NCBI GenBank assembly: GCA_046757225.1
Contig: JBHHXV010000002.1
Coordinates: 1 to 33,441, forward strand
DNA: 33,441 nt
From: a bacterium
GTDB taxonomy: Bacteria > SZUA-182 > JBHHXV01
Direction: 5' to 3'
Shown here: positions 22,928 to 30,800 of the stretch, piece by piece
How the letters are laid out: each line of letters starts with the position of its first letter
Position numbering within the stretch: position 1 is the first letter of the stretch
The notes under the pieces: generated by a model
Databases searched by the model: none
What the model saw: only the letters and a program-made list of their open reading frames with translations
What the model was told of the DNA's origin: nothing
Position numbers and translations under genes: made by a program

Positions 22928-23930
22928 AAATAACCTGGTTTATATAGGGCTGGCTATCCTGCTTTATTATCTACAGTCGATCGCCGGCTGTGGGGGAAAG
23001 CAGATCTTTTCCCGCACCCGGATGCAGATGGGAACCGTGGTAAATATAAAGTTGGTCGCCCGAAATCAGTCCCGGGCGGATCAGGGCTTTCAAGCCGCTT
23101 TCGAGGAGATCGACCGGGTTGAGCGGAAGATGTCCCGCCTGATAAAAAAGAGCGAGATTTATAAACTCAATCATCTTTCTTTAAAAGGCAACTCCGGGTA
23201 TCCGGTTTCTGATGAGCTGTACCATCTGCTGGAGCGCTCCCAAGAGTACAGCCGGCAGACCGGTTTTCTGTTCGATTTCACCATGGGCCGGCTGACCGCT
23301 TTGTGGGGTTTTGAAGAAGGCCGGGAATCGGTTCCTCCGGCAGATGTGATATCATCATTTTTAACCAGGTCGCGGCAGGTTGAATTAACCGGCGGCCAGG
23401 TTTATTTTTCTCCGGCTGACACTGGATTCGATCTGGGAGCGGTAGCCAAGGGGTACGGGGTGGACCGGGCCTTCTCCAAACTGAAAGAGGCGGGAATAGA
23501 AAATTTCATTATAAACGCCGGAGGAGATATCCGGGCGGCGGGAACAAAGGGTCAGGGGCGGCCCTGGACCATAGGGATTCAAAACCCTAGAAATAATAAT
23601 GGCTTGATCGGGAGTGTCCAGATAACCGGTAAAGCGGTGGTGACGTCCGGTGATTATGAGCGTTTCTTCATGGAAAAAAAGGTTCGTTATCACCATATTC
23701 TCGACCCCCGGACAGGCTATCCGGCCAGGGGCTGCCGCTCGGTCACCGTAGTCGCCGCCACTGCCGAGCAGGCCGACGCCATCGCTACCGGTATCTTCGT
23801 TATGGGCGGGAAAAAGGGAAAAATCTTTCTGGAAAACAGGGCCGACCTGGAAGGAATCATCATAGACAGCCAGGGAAAAAGGTTTATCTCCAAGGGGCTG
23901 ATCCCTCTTTTTCATCCGGTGAGACAATGA
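22911..23930 (+). CDS. apbE: FAD:protein FMN transferase ApbE, lipoprotein
   Basis: Lipobox IAGC, then MGT.V.I, AVAKGYGVDRA, INAGGDI, TSGDYERFF and HHILDPRTGYP motifs. GTG start overlaps the radical SAM gene by 17 nt. Confidence 0.85.
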   Translation: MKKIHKNNLVYIGLAILLYYLQSIAGCGGKQIFSRTRMQMGTVVNIKLVARNQSRADQGFQAAFEEIDRVERKMSRLIKKSEIYKLNHLSLKGNSGYPVSDELYHLLERSQEYSRQTGFLFDFTMGRLTALWGFEEGRESVPPADVISSFLTRSRQVELTGGQVYFSPADTGFDLGAVAKGYGVDRAFSKLKEAGIENFIINAGGDIRAAGTKGQGRPWTIGIQNPRNNNGLIGSVQITGKAVVTSGDYERFFMEKKVRYHHILDPRTGYPARGCRSVTVVAATAEQADAIATGIFVMGGKKGKIFLENRADLEGIIIDSQGKRFISKGLIPLFHPVRQ

Positions 23931-25306
23931 CTTACGATGTAATTATTATCGGGGCGGGAATGTCGGGAATCGCCGCCGGGATCCGGCTGGCCCATTACCA
24001 AAAAAAGGTCTGTATCCTGGAGAAGCATTACCGGCCCGGGGGGTTGAACTCCTTCTATTCTTTAGAGGGCCGGAAGTTCGACGTCGGATTGCATGCCATG
24101 ACCAACTACGTCCCCAGGGGAGCCGGAAACAAGCCGCTTACCAAACTCCTCAGGCAGCTCAGGCTCAAGCATGAGGATTTCGGACTCTGTGAACAGGTGG
24201 GGTCGGCGGTCAGTTTTCCGGGAACCGTGCTTCACTTCAGCAATGATTTCTCTCTGCTGGAGCGGGAGATCAGGGAAAAATTTCCCCGGCAGACCGGAAA
24301 CTTTCGGAAATTATGTAAGCATCTGGCTGATTTCAACGAACTGGATCTGAACTATCATCCCGTTTCCGCCAGAAGGGTGGTCGGTTCGTATATTACCGAT
24401 CCCCTGCTGGTGGAGATGCTGTTCTGCCCGCTTTCCTATTACGGCAGCGCCAGGGAAAACGACATGGACTTCGACCAGTTCGCCATCATGTTCAAGTCGA
24501 TCTTCCAGGAGGGTTTTGCCCGGCCGGAAGCGGGAGTCCGGCGGATCATCAACGTGCTGCTGAAAAAATACAAGCGGTGCGGGGGAGAGATGCGGCTTCG
24601 CACCGGGGTCAAGCGGATTAGCCTGGACAGCGGCAGCCGGGTACAGTCGGTTACTCTGGAGAATGGTGATCTGCTGGAGACCAGGAAGATTCTTTCCTGC
24701 GCCGGATATCTGGAGACCATGAACCTGGCCGGAATACCGGTTCCAAAAATAAAGCGCAAGCTGGGGAAATTATCCTTTGTGGAGATGATCTATGTTCTGG
24801 ACACCCCCCCCTCTGATCTCGGTCTGGACAAGACCATCATTTTTTATAATGATTCGGACAGGTTTGCTTACCAACGGCCTCTCGGTCTGGTGGATATCGC
24901 TTCCGGAGTAATCTGCTGCCCCAGCAATTTCCAGTTTGAAACCCCCTTGCCAGACAATATGGTAAGAGTGACTCATCAGGCGAATTACGATCTCTGGGAC
25001 TCGCTTTCGCCGGAAGAATACCTTTACCACAAGCAGGCCTGGCGGAAGGAATCCCTGGAGAAAATTTCCACGGTGATACCGGATTTCTCGGACTCGATTA
25101 TCTTTACCGACATGTTCACCCCCCTGACCATCCATAAGTACACCGGGCATTTAAAGGGAGCGGTTTACGGAAGCCCGGAAAAGATCAAGAACGGGGTAAC
25201 CCCGGTGGAGAACCTGTTTATCTGCGGAACCGATCAGGGGTTCCTGGGAATTGTGGGCGCCATGCTGAGCGGTATCTCAATGGCCAACCTGCACGCCCTG
25301 CGATAA
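23927..25306 (+). CDS. NAD(P)/FAD-dependent oxidoreductase, phytoene-desaturase (CrtI/CrtD)-like family
   Basis: N-terminal dinucleotide fold YDVIIIGAGMSGIAAGIRLA...V.ILEK...PGG; 459 aa; ATGA overlap with apbE. Confidence 0.65.
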   Translation: MTYDVIIIGAGMSGIAAGIRLAHYQKKVCILEKHYRPGGLNSFYSLEGRKFDVGLHAMTNYVPRGAGNKPLTKLLRQLRLKHEDFGLCEQVGSAVSFPGTVLHFSNDFSLLEREIREKFPRQTGNFRKLCKHLADFNELDLNYHPVSARRVVGSYITDPLLVEMLFCPLSYYGSARENDMDFDQFAIMFKSIFQEGFARPEAGVRRIINVLLKKYKRCGGEMRLRTGVKRISLDSGSRVQSVTLENGDLLETRKILSCAGYLETMNLAGIPVPKIKRKLGKLSFVEMIYVLDTPPSDLGLDKTIIFYNDSDRFAYQRPLGLVDIASGVICCPSNFQFETPLPDNMVRVTHQANYDLWDSLSPEEYLYHKQAWRKESLEKISTVIPDFSDSIIFTDMFTPLTIHKYTGHLKGAVYGSPEKIKNGVTPVENLFICGTDQGFLGIVGAMLSGISMANLHALR

Positions 25307-26269
25307 AAAATGATCGAACCCGGCCGGCAGGGGGGAATTATTTCCCTGGCCGTCCACCAGGATAAGCCGTTTATCAGAGGTTATCTCTCCGATAACGGCC
25401 GGTTCCGGGGTAATCAACCGCTCAATTTCAGGGGAGGCGGTAGGAGGGGCGGTCCATAACAGCTCATAATCCTCTCCTCCGCAGAGCGCCAGGTCGTAAG
25501 GGGATTTGTTCAGGCTGGCAGCGGCCCGGATCAGACAATCGGAGAGGGGAAGCCTGTCCCGGTAAATCCTGGCCCCCAGGCCGTAGTTTGTCGTCAAGCG
25601 GGGCAGGTCGCTGCCGAGGCCGTCGCTCAAGTCCATCATGGCTGAGGCCAGCCCTTGCCCGGCCAGAATCTTTCCCGCTTCAAGCCTGGGGATAGGCATT
25701 AGTTGCTTGTTAATTAATGCCTTCCACTTTTTCTGACTGCCCCGGCCCGCCTGTAGAAGCGCCAGTCCGGCGGCGGCTTCCCCTAAATTTCCGCTAACCC
25801 GGATCAGGTCTCCCGGAGAGGCGCCCCGGCGGCTTATAAAAGAATCAGCCTGCCCGACCACCGTAACATTGATAAAAATCGGTCCCGGAGAATGAGAGAT
25901 ATCCCCGCCGATCAGCGTGACGTCATACTTGCCGGCCAGATGCCGCAGACCCTGATAAAACGGCTGCCAGAACCTCTCTGCTTTCTCCGGAGGTATGGCC
26001 AGGCTGGTCAAGAGGTAAAGGGGATCGCCCCCCATGGCGGCGATATCGCTGAGATTGACGGCCGCTGCTTTCTGCCCGACCTGAAAGGGAGCGGCATAAC
26101 TCAGGTCGAAATGCACCCCTTCCACCAGCAGGTCGGTGGAGAGCAGTTCCAGGCCGCTCGTTTTTACTACGGCCGCGTCATCCCCGATTCCCAGGATCAG
26201 GTTAGGATCTTCTACGCTATGACGGTTCTTTAACCGGCCAATCAAGCTCTCCTCACTGAAGCCGGCCAT
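25277..26269 (-). CDS. thiL: thiamine-monophosphate kinase
   Basis: GIGDDAAVV...STDLLVEGVHF and the AIR-synthase-like (PurM fold) architecture, 330 aa. Confidence 0.85.
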   Translation of the reverse strand: MAGFSEESLIGRLKNRHSVEDPNLILGIGDDAAVVKTSGLELLSTDLLVEGVHFDLSYAAPFQVGQKAAAVNLSDIAAMGGDPLYLLTSLAIPPEKAERFWQPFYQGLRHLAGKYDVTLIGGDISHSPGPIFINVTVVGQADSFISRRGASPGDLIRVSGNLGEAAAGLALLQAGRGSQKKWKALINKQLMPIPRLEAGKILAGQGLASAMMDLSDGLGSDLPRLTTNYGLGARIYRDRLPLSDCLIRAAASLNKSPYDLALCGGEDYELLWTAPPTASPEIERLITPEPAVIGEITSDKRLILVDGQGNNSPLPAGFDHFLSQGVQVGH

Positions 26270-26275
26270 TGCCGC

Positions 26276-27733
26276 CTATCTGGCGGGGGGCTTTATGACC
26301 ACAAACAGCGAGCTCTTATCCCGCTTGCGGAGTACCATAATGGAATCCTCCGGCTTAACCTTTTCCATAGCTTTGTTTAAGCTTTCGACATCGGAAAGAG
26401 GATTACGGTTCAGCTGGATGATTAAGTCACCGGGTATAAGGCCGGCCTCTTCCGCTGGTGAGCCGGTTTCCACGCTGGTTACCAGCATTCCCTCCCCTTC
26501 CTTGACTTCAAACTTCTTGGCCAGTTCAGGGGTGATTTCCTGCAGAGAGAAACCGAAACGGTTGGTCTTTTCCTGAGCCGCTTCCCGGCTTTCTTTCTGC
26601 TGCCCCATGGTGATGGTGATGGTTTTTGGCTTACCGTCCCGGAGAATTTCCACCTTTACCACGGTTTCCGGTTTGGTTCCGGCCGCCAATCTGGATAACT
26701 CGGCCGGGGTATGAACCTTTTGACCGCCGAACTCCAGGATGATATCCCCCGCTTTCATGCCCGCCTTGTCCGCCGGGTCTCCCTTAAAAACCTGGCCGAC
26801 CAGAACCCCGGATTCCTCCGGAACATTGAACTGCTTGGCCAGGGACTCGGTAACCTTCTGGATGGCGATTCCCATCCACCCGCGAACCACTTTGCCGGTG
26901 GTAAGCAGCTGCTCCATGATGTTTCTGGCCATGTTAACCGGAATGGCGAAGCCGATCCCCTGAGCCCCGGAAGTAATGGCCGTATTAATGCCTACTACTT
27001 CCCCTTTGAGATTTATCAGGGGCCCGCCGCTGTTTCCCGGATTAATGGAGGCGTCGGTCTGAATGAAATTTTCATAATTGGCGATGTGAAGCTCGTTACG
27101 GCCAAGAGCGCTGATTACCCCGACGGTGACCGAGTTCTCAAAACCGTAGGGATTACCGATCGCCATCGCCCATTGTCCGATCCGGCATTTATCGGAATCC
27201 CCCAGTTTGGCGGCGGTTAATTTGTACTTTTTAGGTTCTATTTTTATGATCGCCAGATCGGTTTTGGGGTCCTTGCCTATTATCTTGCCGGGGAACTTGG
27301 TGCCGTCCGCCAGTTTTATGGTAATCTTGTCCGCCTTTTCGATCACATGATAATTGGTAAGAACAGTGCCGTTGTCATTGACGATTACTCCCGATCCCAG
27401 GCTGGTCTGGGGAATCCGGCCCTGAGGTATTCTTTTCCGGAAAGGCTCCAGAAAGTTTTTGAAGAAATCCTTCAAATCATCGCCCGGCATACGGTCGAAA
27501 TCATGAGGCGATTTAAAGCCGTGAGGTGATTTACCGGAATCGAATGACGGGTGTTTCACCATATGCTCGGAACTGATATTCACCACCGCATCCCGGTTAT
27601 GCTGAGCCACCTCCACAAAGCCCTCTTCCAGGGCTTTCAAGACCTCCTGCTTATCCAGAGCAAATGAGTTTCCCCAGCAAATCCCCAGCAGAAGCAGGAT
27701 GGAAAAAACAACGAATCGTTTGTTGCGAAGCAT
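26276..27733 (-). CDS. htrA: periplasmic serine endoprotease, HtrA/DegP/DegQ family with two PDZ domains
   Basis: Signal peptide, the catalytic triad context (TNYHV, D.A..KI, GNSGGPL) and two PDZ-like segments (G.LV..V..G.PA..AG...GD.I). Confidence 0.9.
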   Translation of the reverse strand: MLRNKRFVVFSILLLLGICWGNSFALDKQEVLKALEEGFVEVAQHNRDAVVNISSEHMVKHPSFDSGKSPHGFKSPHDFDRMPGDDLKDFFKNFLEPFRKRIPQGRIPQTSLGSGVIVNDNGTVLTNYHVIEKADKITIKLADGTKFPGKIIGKDPKTDLAIIKIEPKKYKLTAAKLGDSDKCRIGQWAMAIGNPYGFENSVTVGVISALGRNELHIANYENFIQTDASINPGNSGGPLINLKGEVVGINTAITSGAQGIGFAIPVNMARNIMEQLLTTGKVVRGWMGIAIQKVTESLAKQFNVPEESGVLVGQVFKGDPADKAGMKAGDIILEFGGQKVHTPAELSRLAAGTKPETVVKVEILRDGKPKTITITMGQQKESREAAQEKTNRFGFSLQEITPELAKKFEVKEGEGMLVTSVETGSPAEEAGLIPGDLIIQLNRNPLSDVESLNKAMEKVKPEDSIMVLRKRDKSSLFVVIKPPAR

Positions 27734-27779
27734 AGATATGTTCCTCTTGTTTGTTCAGTTTTTATTAAAAGAGATTTAC

Positions 27780-27807
27780 ATTTTACAAATATAGGGGATT
27801 TTGTCAA
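27780..27807 (-). promoter_or_regulatory. candidate sigma70-type promoter for htrA-thiL
   Basis: On the minus strand: TTGACA (27807-27802), a 16-nt spacer ending in TG, then TAAAAT (27785-27780). AGAGGA lies upstream of the htrA ATG. Confidence 0.5.
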
Positions 27808-27825
27808 CCCGGCTTTTGTGGGGGA

Positions 27826-30800
27826 TTAGTTGGTGACCGCTGTTGAATAGGAGGGAGAATAGATACGCTTGATTAATTTCCGGTATTCCGCGGGAATCTC
27901 CTGTTGAAAGACACTGCCGTCTTCTTCTTGCTTTCCCAGGGCGATTACCCCCTTTACCTTGTATCTTTTCATATTTTCCGATTCCATCTCTTTGAGTTTG
28001 CTCTTATCCTTCACCTTGATCGGAACATTAAGAAAAAGCTTTTTATCGGCATCTTCCATAAAAGAAAGGTTGGGGGTGTTTTTCTGCTTTATTTTGGTGT
28101 TGGCGAACGTATGCTGGAGAATTTCAGAAGGAGCCCCTCCCTGGTTCATGTAAAAGTCAGCGTTTTTTATCTCGGGTTGCTGGTGCGATGTCTGCCGGCG
28201 AACGCTCCGGTCTTTGGAAAGCGGTAATTTCCTGGTGGAAAGAGTTTTATTCTCTGTCCCGAGTTTGGCTATCCGCTTACGCTGCTTTTTCAACCTGTTC
28301 ATTATCTGGCTAAAGACATCCCCGCTGGCCAGGTTCTCCTGCATGGGAGAGGTGTTGTTTATCATATCGTTCTGGGGGGTCATGCTGACCTGCTGGGCTA
28401 CCTTGGCGTTATAGAAGGCCTGTCGCTTAGTGGCTGAAGGGGAAGGCTTCGCGTTGTTCGTCTTGGTCTCATCATCACCCTCCTGATTACTTCCGTTGTC
28501 ATCGTCGGAATTATTGCGCGAATTCTGCCGGCTCTTCTGCAGTTGCTTTACCATCTGGTCGATTTGATTGATCGCTCCCTGTTTTAAAATGTCTTCCGGA
28601 TTCATGGAGTCGCTGAACCCCTGTTGATTGGTTCTCTTTTGAAAGAACCGGGAGAAGAGAGGCATGGTTTCCATAGAATTCTTCAGCTGGTCGAAAAAGC
28701 TTCCCTTACTGTTGCTTATGGGAAGCTTCCCGGTTTGCATTTTGTCTTGAATCATATCCAGATCCTTGGATGAAAGCTTGTTCATTTGCCGGGAGATCTG
28801 TTTAATCATTCTATCGTCCAGCTGCTGCGACAGCTTATCGCTCATTTCCATGTATTTCCGCCAGTTACTCTTCATCTGTTTTATCCGCATATCACCGAGC
28901 GTTTGCTTTGAAGCGGAATTCTTCAGGTTCTTGGTAAGCTTGTTCAGCTTATGCGAAACCTTTGATAAATCAGAGGTAATCTCTCTGAGCTTTTCCCGCC
29001 GTTTATTTTGGTCTTTCTCCTTAAGCAGCTTTTTTAATTCCGACCGCTTTTTTCCGATAGTTCTTCTTTCGGGGCTGGAACCGCCCAGTTTGTTTTCAAT
29101 CCCTTTCATCTGGGTATCGATTTTATCGAAATTCTGGGCTAACTCGCCTATGGCGTTCGGTTGAGAAAGAATATATGAGATATTATCCAATTCATTGGCG
29201 GAAGTCACCATCCTGGATATTTCGTTCATTGATAAGCTGTTAAGCAAATTGGCCGGTTTCACCTTACCCATCCGGATAAATTCCTGGATGCCGCCGTTGA
29301 ACTGGGCAATATGTTTTCTCACATCCGGGGAGATCTTCTCCGGGTCGATCCGTTTAAGAAAATCCTTGTTTTGTCTCGCTTGACTGATAAGCTTGTTAGC
29401 GGTCTGATCTTTGGGGTTTTTCTTCAGGCGTTCGGCCAGATTCTGTACCAGAGAATCATTTACATCTTTCATCTTGTTCATCATGTTAACAACCTGCCCG
29501 GAATTCTGGGCTTTTTTTATGCCGATGGAGAGCCGGGAAAGCTTGACCAGCTGTTTGTTTACATTGGTCTCGGATTTGCCCGGCTTATTAATCGGGGCCA
29601 TATTCTGTATGTTTTTATCCAGTTTAAGCATCTGTTTCCTGAAATCGCCGGAAAGCTTGCTGGGATCAATTTTGCTTAACAGTTTTTTGTTTTTTCTGAC
29701 CCTGGACAACAGTCTTTTTCCCAGGTCATCACCGGGATTATTCCTCAAATGCCGGCTGAATTTCTTAATCATGGAATCATTAAGCTTGTTCATCTTGTCG
29801 ACGGTCGCTTTCAATTGATTGGAATTTTTAACACTCATTAAATCAACGTTCAACTGGGAGAGTTTTCTTATCTTATCATCGGACATACTGCCGCCGCTTG
29901 GAACGGTCTTACTCGCCAGGCTGTGGATGCCGGTCTTCAACCGCAGCGCCTGCTTCTTGAAATCATGGGAAACCGCGTTCGGATTGATTTTATTCATTAA
30001 GTTTTTATTGGCTTTGGCCTGTTGCAACAATTTACCGGTTTGCCGGTCATCGGGGTTCTTTTTCAAACGCCGGTTGAGTTTATCCAGCATCGCCTGATTC
30101 AAACTCTTCATTCTATTCATGATTACTTTTCGGCGGCGGGAGTTCTTGTCTTTTAACAGCCCGTTGCTCAACCGGGTAAGTTCGCTTATTTGAGCGAGCG
30201 GGAGGCTGCCTGCGGTCTGGGGATTGAGCCTCCGGTCCAGGTTGTTGATGCCGGTATCCAGTTTCAAGACCTGCTTTCTGAAATCTCCGGAAAGCTTACC
30301 CGGATTAATCTTATCCATCAATTTCCGGCTGTTTTTGGCCTGTTCCAGCAAGGCCTTGCTTTTAAGGTCGTTGGGGGTTCGGCTTAAACGGCGCGCCAGG
30401 GTGTCGATAACCGACTTGTTGAGGGATTTCATTCTGGCCATCATCGCCTTTCTGCGGGCGGCGTTCTTTTCGTTCAGCAAATCCTGGTTGAGCTTGGAAA
30501 GCTCCCGCAGCTGGGTGGGAGTGGCGTCGAAAGCTTTCAGGGAATCATCCCGGGCCAGGTTCTGCAGGCCGTTGTTCAATTGTAATATCCGCTTTCTGAA
30601 ATCCTGAGAAACCTTATTGGGGTCGATACTTTTCATCAGGTTCTGATTGGTTTTCACCTGCTCCAGCAACTTCTGGCTTTGCCCGTCCCCGGGATTATTC
30701 CGCAAGCGCTCAGACAGCTTGTTGATCATGGACCGGTTGAGGGTCTTAATCCTCTTTATGACCGATTTCCGGCGGCCGGCGTTCTTTTCGCTCAGTAAAT

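Noticed and set aside
22007-23927. Minus-strand ORFs 22007-22687 (226 aa) and 23385-23927 (180 aa)
   Set aside because: They lie opposite the strongly supported radical SAM and ApbE genes. ORF 22007-22687 would also run through intergenic element copy D.
27829-27900. The C-terminal tail EIPAEYRKLIKRIY of the giant protein reminded me of the C-terminal tails of large low-complexity proteins in Bat/MoxR-VWA-type operons (DUF4175-like)
   Set aside because: This is a recollection only. No MoxR, DUF58 or VWA genes are in the window, and I cannot verify the similarity without a profile search. It is listed as something to test, not as a call.
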